Of a stretch of 64,000 nt of DNA, positions 50,226 to 58,532 are shown one piece after another; the first letter of the stretch is position 1; each line of letters begins with the position of its first letter. Under the pieces are notes generated by a model, which saw only the letters and a program-made list of their open reading frames with translations, made no database searches and had not been told where the DNA came from. The DNA is from Myxococcales bacterium (GTDB lineage Bacteria; Myxococcota_A; SURF-8). The stretch spans positions 1,365-65,364 of the forward strand of contig QZKR01000084.1 of assembly GCA_003598065.1 (NCBI GenBank). The letters run 5' to 3'. Made by a program: the position numbers and the translations under genes.

Positions 50226-51311
50226 TCAGGCGGGGTGGCCGCCGTTTTCCACGCCGGCCAGGCGCAGGGCGTAGCGGTCGGTCATGCCGGAGAGGTAATC
50301 GCACAGGGCGAGATGCCCTTCGCGGTCCGAGGGATCGAGGCGGCGGCGGGCGCGCTCCGCCTCGAACAGCGTTTCGAGCGCCTGCGCGCCGCGCAGCGTC
50401 TCCGCCTTGAGGTTGGCGTCGAAGTACATATGCTCGGCCAGAAATCCGGCCAGTTCGCGAAACTCGGCCTCGATTTCCGGCGAGAGGCCGAGCGCCTCCC
50501 GGGCCGCCGCGCGCGGGGCGTTCTCGCCGCCGATCGCCGCAAGATTCGCCTGACTCGTCCGGATCAGGTCGGTCACCAGCGTGGCGACGAGGTTGCGCAC
50601 GCAGGCGGACGAGGCGATCCGTTCGGAGCTGGCGTGCCTGGGCAGGCAGCGGCGGATCATCCCGAGCGGCAGGGCATGCATCGCGTCGAGCGAGAGGCCG
50701 TGATAGCGCGCGTAATCGTCGAAGTCGTGCGCCGTGTAGGCCAGATCGTCCGCCAAGTCGGCGACGCGCGCCTCCACGGAAGCGATGAAATCACCGGGGA
50801 GCAGGCCGCAGGCGCCGATGAGAAACGTCCGCGCCGCCTCCGATTTGGCGACGCCAAACAGCGTTTCGTAGGTGAGATTGAGTCCGGGGTGGTCGTCGGA
50901 TTTCACCTCGATCAGCGCGACGACGCGCAGGTTCTGCAAATTGTGGTCGAAGCCGCCGTGCGCGGCCATCAGGCGATCGAGGACGTGCTCGCCCTGGTGG
51001 CCGAAGGGCGGATGGCCGAGATCGTGGGCGAGGGCGATCGCCTCGGCCAGTTCCTCGTTGAGCGACAGGTGCCCGGCCACGACGCGGGCGATCTGCGCCG
51101 TCTCCAGCGTGTGCGTGAGGCGGTTGCGGTAGTGGTCGCCCTCCTCGGGCGAGAACACCTGCGTTTTGAAGGCGAGGCGGCGGAAGGCCTTGCTGTAAAG
51201 GATGCGGCCGATGTCGCGGCGGAACTCGCCGCGCAAGGGATCGGGCGAGACGGGCCAGCGGCGGCCGCGCGAGGCATGAACCGCATAGGCGGCGAGCGAA
51301 CGGGCGGGCAT
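50226..51311 (-). CDS. dgt: dNTP triphosphohydrolase (HD domain)
   Basis: FRRLAFKTQV, RNRLTHTLE, HDLGHPPFGH and DYLSGMTD; real start is ATG 51311. Confidence 0.9.
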   Translation of the reverse strand: MPARSLAAYAVHASRGRRWPVSPDPLRGEFRRDIGRILYSKAFRRLAFKTQVFSPEEGDHYRNRLTHTLETAQIARVVAGHLSLNEELAEAIALAHDLGHPPFGHQGEHVLDRLMAAHGGFDHNLQNLRVVALIEVKSDDHPGLNLTYETLFGVAKSEAARTFLIGACGLLPGDFIASVEARVADLADDLAYTAHDFDDYARYHGLSLDAMHALPLGMIRRCLPRHASSERIASSACVRNLVATLVTDLIRTSQANLAAIGGENAPRAAAREALGLSPEIEAEFRELAGFLAEHMYFDANLKAETLRGAQALETLFEAERARRRLDPSDREGHLALCDYLSGMTDRYALRLAGVENGGHPA

Positions 51312-51313
51312 GG

Positions 51314-52957
51314 CTAACCCTTCCTTCCCTGGATAAGCGGCGCGGCGATCAGGCCGCCCAGGCCGGCGAACAGCAGCATCAAGCCCACCAGGCCGGCGAA
51401 ACCGAAGGAATCGCTCGTGTGCACGATGCCGAGCGTGACCGCGCCGGCGCCCGTGAGGATGGCCGCGACGCGCTTCCAGCCTTCGCGGCGGATCGTGGCC
51501 AGGAGCGTCTTGTCGTGCAGCCTGGCATCGACGACGAGCCCGCCTTCCTCGGCGCGCTTGAGGATGCCATGCAGCTGGCTGGGCATGTCGCGGCCCAGGT
51601 CCGTGAGATCCCGCATCACGGTGACGAAATCGACGAACAGCCGCTCGGGCTTGTAGCGCTCGATCACCACGGCCTTGGCGTAGCCGCTGGCCGCCGAAAG
51701 CACGTCGAAGTCCGGGTCCAGTTCGCGGCCGACGCCGTCGAGCGTCACCGCGGCGCGGAAGAGCAGCAGAAGCTGCGGCGGAAGCTGCACGCGGTGGCGC
51801 TGGGCGACGCCGGCGAGCGCCATCATCAATTCGGCGGAATTGATCTCTTTGAGCGGCAGGCCCATCAACGGCTCGATGACCCGCTGCAGATCGCGGGCGA
51901 AGACTTCCGGAGAAACCGGCTCGCGGCTCGTATGGCCGAGACGCAGGTAGTGGCGCGCCAGGGCGCGGAAATCGCGCGACACCAGCGAAATGAAAATCGA
52001 GCCGACCTCCTGCATCAAGCGGTCGTCGAGGCTGCCGGCGACGCCGAAGTCGATGACGCCGAGCTTGTCCGGCCCCATGACCAGCAGGTTGCCGCCGTGC
52101 ACGTCGCCGTGGAAGAGGCCGTGCGTGAACACCATCTTGAAAAAGGTGTCCAGCCCGAGCCGCGCCAGGGTCCGCTTGTCGTAACCTTTCTCGTCGAGCC
52201 GTTTGGCGTCGGAAAGCGGGATGCCGTCCAGGTAGCTCATCGTCAGCACGCTCTTGCCCGTGAACTCCCACGCGACCTCCGGAACAATGACGTGCTCGTC
52301 GCCGGCGAAGTTCTCGGCGAAGCGCTTGATATTCTGGGCTTCGTGGATGAAGTCGAGTTCGGCGCGGATCAGCGAGGCGAATTCCTCGACGATGGCCACC
52401 GGATCGACCACCGTGACCAGGTCGGTATAGTGATCGAGCATGGCGGCGATCATGAAGAGGATCGAGAGATCGGTCTCCACCTGCTTGTCCGCGCCGGGCC
52501 GGCGCACCTTGACCACCATTTCTCGTCCGTCGGGCAGCCTGGCGCGGTGGACCTGGGCGATCGAGGCCGAACCGATGGGCGAAGCGTCGAACCAGTCGAA
52601 AATCTGCTCCGGCGCAAGGTCGAATTCCTTGCGGATCTCGGCGCGGATGTCCTCCACGGGCAGCGGCGCGACCTGGTCCTGCAGCTTGCGGAATTCCTCG
52701 ACGTACTCGCGCGGAATGAGGTCGGGACGGACGGAAAGCATCTGTCCGAGCTTGACGAAAGTGGTTCCCAGTTCCTCGAAAGCCATCCGCAGCCGCACGG
52801 CGTTCGAGAGCTTTTTCGTCCCTTCGCGCGGCGTCTGGAAGGGAATGAGACGGCCGAGGCCGATGTCGTCCATCACGGATTTGAATCCGTGGCTGGCGAA
52901 CACCGCGCCGATGCGTTGCACGCGCTTCAGGTTCTTGAATGTCTGGTTGATCTTCAT
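51314..52957 (-). CDS. AarF/UbiB family atypical kinase
   Basis: FVKLGQMLS, SASIAQVH, VVKVRRP, FHGDVHGGN and DFG; two C-terminal TMs. Confidence 0.92.
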   Translation of the reverse strand: MKINQTFKNLKRVQRIGAVFASHGFKSVMDDIGLGRLIPFQTPREGTKKLSNAVRLRMAFEELGTTFVKLGQMLSVRPDLIPREYVEEFRKLQDQVAPLPVEDIRAEIRKEFDLAPEQIFDWFDASPIGSASIAQVHRARLPDGREMVVKVRRPGADKQVETDLSILFMIAAMLDHYTDLVTVVDPVAIVEEFASLIRAELDFIHEAQNIKRFAENFAGDEHVIVPEVAWEFTGKSVLTMSYLDGIPLSDAKRLDEKGYDKRTLARLGLDTFFKMVFTHGLFHGDVHGGNLLVMGPDKLGVIDFGVAGSLDDRLMQEVGSIFISLVSRDFRALARHYLRLGHTSREPVSPEVFARDLQRVIEPLMGLPLKEINSAELMMALAGVAQRHRVQLPPQLLLLFRAAVTLDGVGRELDPDFDVLSAASGYAKAVVIERYKPERLFVDFVTVMRDLTDLGRDMPSQLHGILKRAEEGGLVVDARLHDKTLLATIRREGWKRVAAILTGAGAVTLGIVHTSDSFGFAGLVGLMLLFAGLGGLIAAPLIQGRKG

Positions 52958-53007
52958 CGTCTCCGCCGCTTTCTTGCGACGATCTTAACACGCCGCCGAA
53001 CGCCGGA

Positions 53008-53658
53008 TCAATTCAGGAGTCCGAGCCAGTCGCCGAGCATAAAATCCAGACGGCCCACCAAAAGTGAAACGCGCGCCATCACCGTGTAACCGAAGGCCGC
53101 GCCGAACGAGACCATCAGGAACCAGACGCCGACGCGGGCCACGCACCCCGTCGCGCCCTTGTGCTCCCTGGAGAAGAAGAAATAGGTGAGCGCGGAGAGC
53201 ACGCCGGCGACGATGACGACGTTGTTGAGCGAAGCCCAGAGGTCGAACCGTCTCGCCGCGCCTTCGCCCGAGAAGACGACGAGCGGCACGATCGTCGCGG
53301 CGATCTGATGGAGCAGGTTCTCTTTCATGAAGCTGATGAAAAAGATGCCGCTGTAGGTTCCGATGACGAAGCTGATCGCGTAGCGGCTCACCCAGCCGAC
53401 GCCCTTGAACAACCGCAACAGCATCGACAGGCCGAGCAGGGCGGGGATAAGATAGATCCAGCGGCCTTCTTGAAGGTTCGTCACCAGCTTCGGGACGATG
53501 ACGTTCCAGATTTCCATCGTGAACAGATAGCCCGCCGATACGCCGACGAACAGCGCTTCCGTGAATTTGTAGAGCGGGTTGTCCTTATAGAGGAAGGACC
53601 AGATGCCGAGGGTGAGGATGGCGCCGATCCACACGCCGAAATCGTGGCTCAGCTCCAT
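53008..53658 (-). CDS. Conserved hypothetical integral membrane protein
   Basis: About six TMs; SFLYKDNPLYKFTE, YFFFSREH and FGAAFGYTVMAR; overlaps the upstream gene. Confidence 0.85.
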   Translation of the reverse strand: MELSHDFGVWIGAILTLGIWSFLYKDNPLYKFTEALFVGVSAGYLFTMEIWNVIVPKLVTNLQEGRWIYLIPALLGLSMLLRLFKGVGWVSRYAISFVIGTYSGIFFISFMKENLLHQIAATIVPLVVFSGEGAARRFDLWASLNNVVIVAGVLSALTYFFFSREHKGATGCVARVGVWFLMVSFGAAFGYTVMARVSLLVGRLDFMLGDWLGLLN

Positions 53659-54545
53659 CGCGCCCTCCCTTCCTGCCGGCGGGCGCGCCGCTCGCGGAAG
53701 TAGGCGATGTTGCCGATGAGGACGAAGATGAGAATCAGGACGTGCGCGACGGACTGCGCGGGCATGTAGGCCAGCGCCTGCCCGCGGTCGATGCCGAGGC
53801 CCAAGAGCTGCTCGTAGTCCGCGCCGCCCTTCAGCCCGCCCAGGAAGCCCTTGATCTGGCCGGAATTCAGGTAGGGGTAGGTCTCGGCGGCCATGACGGC
53901 CGTGCTCGCCGCGATGACGCGGAAACGGGGGTTGCTCGGTTTGGCGAACATCACCCAGGCCGCGCCGATCGGCGAACCGGCCGGGCCGCCGGCGGCGAAC
54001 TCGCTGACCAGCGCCACCTCCTCGAAATCACGGACCTTGCGCATCAACGGCAGGTCCGCGAGCCGCGAACCGAACATATCGCGCGGGAAGGTCATGTGAA
54101 TGTCGCGGTTCATCCCCTTGACGACGAGCATGAAGCCCGACATGAAGCCCAGATGCGCGTAATCGCGGCCGTAGGCGAGGCGCCGGGTTGCGAACTCCGG
54201 CTCCGCAAGAACTTCGCGCATGGCGTTGTCCATCAGCGGCGGAGCCTGGACCCACAAACCGACGGTGACGATTTTCGCCTGTTTGCGAAACGCGTGGCGG
54301 ATCGACGCCTTGAGCATCGGCTTGATTTCCGGCGAGGTGGCGGGATCGTAGACGCCGGCGAGGATGACGACTTCGCCGGGTTTCAGTTTTTCCATCTCCT
54401 CGAAATACTGCCTGGCGTAATGACCGGGCTTGATCGGGATGGAGAAAGTGAAGAGCAGGGTCGCGGCCACGGCGAAGCCCATCAAGAGAAAAATAATCCG
54501 CCGATCGAGGGCGAAAGGGTTGAAGGGGGAACGCGGCGCGGCCAT
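53649..54545 (-). CDS. Conserved hypothetical protein (TM - alpha/beta domain - TM)
   Basis: ATG 54545 overlaps the previous stop (TGATG); YGRDYAHLGF and YPYLNSGQIKGFLGGLKGGADYE. Confidence 0.85.
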   Translation of the reverse strand: MAAPRSPFNPFALDRRIIFLLMGFAVAATLLFTFSIPIKPGHYARQYFEEMEKLKPGEVVILAGVYDPATSPEIKPMLKASIRHAFRKQAKIVTVGLWVQAPPLMDNAMREVLAEPEFATRRLAYGRDYAHLGFMSGFMLVVKGMNRDIHMTFPRDMFGSRLADLPLMRKVRDFEEVALVSEFAAGGPAGSPIGAAWVMFAKPSNPRFRVIAASTAVMAAETYPYLNSGQIKGFLGGLKGGADYEQLLGLGIDRGQALAYMPAQSVAHVLILIFVLIGNIAYFRERRARRQEGRARWS

Positions 54546-56050
54546 CAGTCGCCTCCCAGGTAGCCGCGCTCCAGGCCGAGGATGATTTTCAGCGCGGTGG
54601 AGATGACGCCCAGGGCGACGCCGATCATGATGGCGCGCTGGCTGGCCATGTTGGGATAGATCATGATCCAGTCGGCGATGTCCGACATCTGCAGCCATTC
54701 CGGCAGCCAGGCGGTGAGCGTGTCGCCCAGCGGAATCTGGCCGAGCATGACGACGAACCCCGCCAGGAGCAGCAGCAGCGCCTCGGGGCTATGGGCGCGA
54801 AAGGCGCGGTAGGCGGCGGACGCGATGAAGAAGGCCAGAAGCGCGAACATCGTCGAAGAGAGGGGAGAATAGACGTTGTCGAAGATCCACTGGAAGGAGC
54901 TGCCCTTCTCCAGCGACGGAAGGTGGAAAGCCGGCTCCAGCCCGCCCGCGCCGAACAGCGAATTGACCGCCGCCGCGAAAGCCGCCGGCGCCATCTCGCC
55001 GCGCTCGACATGACGCAACGCCAGTTCGGCGACGGCGCGTCCCAACAAGCTCATTTCTCCCTCTAGCGGCGAAAATAACCCTTCCGCCGCGTTCCGGCTT
55101 GCGAAAGCGCGAACCGCTTCGACCGGCGTCAGCGCGGCGTCCGGATCATTGATCCTCGCCGCCTCGACCGCCGCGCGGGCGTTCTTGACGCCGCGCTCGA
55201 CAAGCGCCGGCAAGACGATTTCGCCCGCGCCTTCCAGGTCGATCGGTTCGCCGAAAAGTTCGACGCGGCCCGAGAGCAGCGGCGCGGCCGCCTCGCGCGC
55301 CGCAGGAAGCAGGGAGCGCGGATCGACGCCATCGGGAACGTTGACGGCCTCCGCCAATGCCGCCGCAAAGACGCCGTTATCCGCGAGCAGGTCGAGCAGG
55401 TTCGTCGCATAGTCCTCCACGGCCCGCGCCGCCGGCAGCACGCCGCGCACGAGGCGGTCCGCCTCGGCTTCGGTTTTTGCGGCGAGACGGTCGAACCGCT
55501 GGCGATCGACGCCGGATGTGGCGAAGAGACGCGCAAACGGCTCCTCGCGGATGCGGCCCCGCCGCACGAGGGATTCCACGTCGGCCGGATCGGCGCGATG
55601 GCGGGCGAAAAACGATTCCTCCAGCGCCAGGTCAGGGTTGCGCGTTTTGGCGATCAGGGCGGCGGCCAGATCCGCCGTCTCTTCCGGCAGGCCGTCGCGG
55701 CGGGCCGCGTCCTCGGCGATCGTTCGCACCAGCCGGCTGTTGTCGGCGAGAAGTCTGCCGGCGAGCGCCCGATCTTCGCCGGGGTTGAAGAGGCCGGCGA
55801 AGACGGTGGCGGCGAACGCCAGGACGGTGACGGCGGCGTAACCCCAGCCGGCCTGCCGCCGCGCCGCCTTGCGGATGTTCGAATAGAAGAGGCTTAGAAG
55901 CCCGAGAATCATGGTGAAGACGATGACGATCAGCGCGAAGTCGTTCAGGATCTGATCGAGCGTGTTGATCGGCGGATGGGGGATGAACGCCTGGAGAATA
56001 AGAAACACGCCCATGACGGCGGTGATCAGCAGCGGCAGTTCGCGTTTCAT
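54545..56050 (-). CDS. Hypothetical membrane protein with large soluble insertion
   Basis: Three N-terminal TMs, about 290-aa helical region, then PLSSTMFALLAFFIASAAYRAFR and further TMs. Confidence 0.85.
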   Translation of the reverse strand: MKRELPLLITAVMGVFLILQAFIPHPPINTLDQILNDFALIVIVFTMILGLLSLFYSNIRKAARRQAGWGYAAVTVLAFAATVFAGLFNPGEDRALAGRLLADNSRLVRTIAEDAARRDGLPEETADLAAALIAKTRNPDLALEESFFARHRADPADVESLVRRGRIREEPFARLFATSGVDRQRFDRLAAKTEAEADRLVRGVLPAARAVEDYATNLLDLLADNGVFAAALAEAVNVPDGVDPRSLLPAAREAAAPLLSGRVELFGEPIDLEGAGEIVLPALVERGVKNARAAVEAARINDPDAALTPVEAVRAFASRNAAEGLFSPLEGEMSLLGRAVAELALRHVERGEMAPAAFAAAVNSLFGAGGLEPAFHLPSLEKGSSFQWIFDNVYSPLSSTMFALLAFFIASAAYRAFRAHSPEALLLLLAGFVVMLGQIPLGDTLTAWLPEWLQMSDIADWIMIYPNMASQRAIMIGVALGVISTALKIILGLERGYLGGD

Positions 56051-56057
56051 GCCCGCT

Positions 56058-57332
56058 TTAGTCCATTACCGTAAAGAGGCTGCGCACGGCGTCCGTCCAC
56101 TCCGGATGGCCGGCGATCTGGCCCGCCGTCGCCGCCAGAATCCCGAAAATGAGCGCCGCCGCCGCCGTCAGCTTGCCGTAGTCCTGGCCCTTCAAGCTGC
56201 CCAGGAGGCGCGGTTCCTTGGAGAGATAGGCCGAGGCGGCGAACAATTCTTCGCCGATCAGCGTGTAATCGCAGGCGGCGATGAAGAACGGCAGTTGAGC
56301 CACCGCCGCCGTGCCGGCGATCTGGATGGCGCCGACGCCATGGCCCGTTTCGGCGAGGAGCAGCGATTCGGCGAAGAACGCGCCCTGATAGAAGATCGCC
56401 GCCGGACGGTCGCGCAGCATCAAGCCGCCCACGGCGGCGGCGTAACCGAACTGGTCGTCGGTGATGTAGTGGACGATTTCCTCGCGGTAGTCTTCCGGGC
56501 GGCCGCTGGCCAGAAACGCCTCTCGCACCGCTTCGCGGCCGGCGACCATCACCATCGAGCGAGCCGTCGGCACGTCGATTTCGGACTGCTGCGTCGCGGC
56601 GACGCGCGCCACACGGCCCAGGATCGTCAGGCCGGCGATCGTCTGCGGGTCGTCCACGTCCATGATGCCGGGGACGAAGAGAATCTTTTTGCCCATTTCC
56701 GATGCCCGGCCCACGGCCTCGTCGATGGCGTCCAGGCTGCGAATGCGGCGGATGAACAACGGCCGGCCCTGCGCCGCGAGCCGGATGAAAGCGATGATGA
56801 GCCCCGAGATGACGATCGCCGCGATGAAGAGGTTGAGCCGGCCCAGGTTGAACCAGCTTGCCGGCGCGAAGACCGGCCCGACGACCGGCGTATCCCGGTA
56901 TTGTTCGCCGCGATAGACGCGGACGAAAAAATACGCCCGCCGGGGGCCGATCGCATGGCGGAGCGTCGTGTCGCGCAACGGGAGCAGGCTTTCGACGGGC
57001 TCGAAATCTTCGAGGACGGGCGTTCGGCCCTCCACGGCGGCCCGCCAAAGCTCGGCGCGCTCGATTTTCCTTCCCGCTTCGCCCTCCGGCCAGTAAAGGT
57101 TCACCACGACATCGCCGCCGGAGTCGCTGGGCTGATCGGTCACAACCAAACCCGGGAAGGGCAATTCCTCCAGACTCGGCGGCGGCGCAAAGAGGCGCAG
57201 CAGCTCGTCGATCAGCGCCGCTTCGGGAACGGGCGGCTCCTCCATCCCCTGAGCGAGGGCGGCGGAAGCGGCCGCCGCCAGCGCGACCGCCGTCATCCCC
57301 ATTCGAAGCCATCTGGTCGGACGAATGCGCAC
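56058..57332 (-). CDS. DUF6754-type domain protein
   Basis: Signal peptide, beta-rich domain, TM, then IRRIRSLDAIDEAVGRASEMG..QLPFFIAACDYTLIGEELFAASAYLS. Confidence 0.8.
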   Translation of the reverse strand: MRIRPTRWLRMGMTAVALAAAASAALAQGMEEPPVPEAALIDELLRLFAPPPSLEELPFPGLVVTDQPSDSGGDVVVNLYWPEGEAGRKIERAELWRAAVEGRTPVLEDFEPVESLLPLRDTTLRHAIGPRRAYFFVRVYRGEQYRDTPVVGPVFAPASWFNLGRLNLFIAAIVISGLIIAFIRLAAQGRPLFIRRIRSLDAIDEAVGRASEMGKKILFVPGIMDVDDPQTIAGLTILGRVARVAATQQSEIDVPTARSMVMVAGREAVREAFLASGRPEDYREEIVHYITDDQFGYAAAVGGLMLRDRPAAIFYQGAFFAESLLLAETGHGVGAIQIAGTAAVAQLPFFIAACDYTLIGEELFAASAYLSKEPRLLGSLKGQDYGKLTAAAALIFGILAATAGQIAGHPEWTDAVRSLFTVMD

Positions 57333-57500
57333 TCAAGCCCCTTCGACGATCTCGACGTCGGCGCGCGGCGCGGCGACCTCCCGGCCGCGAAAAATCCGCC
57401 GGTGCTCGTCGCCGACTTTCTCGAAAAGCATGGCCTTCGTCGTGGCGCCGCCGCAATCGGTGGCCACAATCACCGCGATGTCGTCCGGCTTCGGAGGCAT
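57333..57500 (-). pseudogene. Truncated GlmL/MutL-like (ASKHA, actin-fold) ATPase remnant, 55 aa
   Basis: VIVATDCGGATTKAMLFEK resembles the GlmL N-terminal DxGSTTTK phosphate-1 motif, but the ORF stops after 55 codons. Confidence 0.7.
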
Positions 57501-57529
57501 CTCCCCTCGCGTATTCGCTAAGCGCCCGG

Positions 57530-57559
57530 AAACTATCATTTAGGGGAAGAACGAGTCAA
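57530..57559 (-). promoter_or_regulatory. Candidate promoter of glmL-stub/DUF6754 operon
   Basis: Minus strand TTGACT-18-TAGTTT with extended -10 TG. Confidence 0.5.
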
Positions 57560-57585
57560 ACTTATTCGGGGCATTCTCCGGACTT

Positions 57586-57618
57586 GAAACGAAAACGGCC
57601 CGGCGGATCGCCGGGCCG
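57586..57618 (-). terminator. Intrinsic terminator
   Basis: CGGCCCGGCG/CGCCGGGCCG stem followed on the minus strand by TTTTCGTTTC. Confidence 0.7.
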
Positions 57619-57641
57619 CGGAATCGCTGGCGAGCGAATGG

Positions 57642-58307
57642 CTACTCCATTTCAAGAGCCGTTTCACCACGGATTTTTTTTGCGGCGTTTTTTTTGGCGG
57701 AAGCGTCGAGAAGTTCGTTGACGGACGGCCCTTTCAGCTTCGTCCATTCCCGTTCGAAGCGTTCGCGAGCCGAGATCGTCGCCAGATGTTTGGACGCGAG
57801 GTCGTTCAGGTCGGCGATTTCGCCCTTGACCTGGCAGCCGAAGCGCATGGTGATCGCCTCGTCCACCAGCGTTGCGACTTCTTTAGTAGGAAAGCCCTTC
57901 TTTTCCTCGACGAGCAGGAGATAGTTCACCGCCTCGCTTTTACGCGACGGAACGAGCTTATACCAGATGGCGACAAGGCCGACATGAGCGCGGGTGCCAT
58001 GCTGAACGATTTTCGCGATTTCCCTGTGAACCAGACGCTCCTGCTCGAAGATCGGGCGCAGCAGTTCCCAAACCACCTTGTGCTCGCGATTGAGCGTGTA
58101 GGAGTAAGCGCGACCGACGGCTTTGCGGAACAAGGCCTTGTTTTTGACGAGGCTGTCCAGACTCAACTGGCAGGAGCGGGGCGATATGCCCGCCGTGGCG
58201 GCGATGCGCCGGCCCGTCATGGCGTCGTCGGACTCGAACAGCACGCGGAGAATTTCCACTTTCGAGGTCGTGCCCAGCAGGTAATTGAGTATACGACTTT
58301 GTTTCAT
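57642..58307 (-). CDS. Winged-helix protein with degenerate nucleotidyltransferase-like C-terminal domain
   Basis: LLGTTSKVEILRVL..MTGRRIA..YSYTLNREH wHTH; the C-terminus lacks the GS..DxD motif. Confidence 0.7.
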   Translation of the reverse strand: MKQSRILNYLLGTTSKVEILRVLFESDDAMTGRRIAATAGISPRSCQLSLDSLVKNKALFRKAVGRAYSYTLNREHKVVWELLRPIFEQERLVHREIAKIVQHGTRAHVGLVAIWYKLVPSRKSEAVNYLLLVEEKKGFPTKEVATLVDEAITMRFGCQVKGEIADLNDLASKHLATISARERFEREWTKLKGPSVNELLDASAKKNAAKKIRGETALEME

Positions 58308-58532
58308 CGGTCGGCCTCGCAAAAGCGTTTTACGACAAATGACAACTTTGTCACTTGTGTTCCCCAGTAAACTGATTTGGACTTCCTGCGCATCTGCTGA
58401 CACAACTGTTAACAAAAAGGGCTACACTTGTCCAGAGGAAAACACCATCCGGCGAAAAAAATCCCCGTGACCGCTATAGGGTAAATACTTATATATTTCG
58501 CGGTGTTGCGCTGATGGATAGGATCGCGGTAA

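Noticed and set aside
50226-52991. 921-aa ORF suggesting a fusion upstream of dgt
   Set aside because: The upstream part is an off-frame reading of the ubiB-like gene; dgt starts at ATG 51311 with its own RBS.
57333-57335. In-frame TGA as selenocysteine
   Set aside because: The position is not an expected Cys site, no SECIS-like hairpin was identified, and the downstream ORF has its own RBS and signal peptide.
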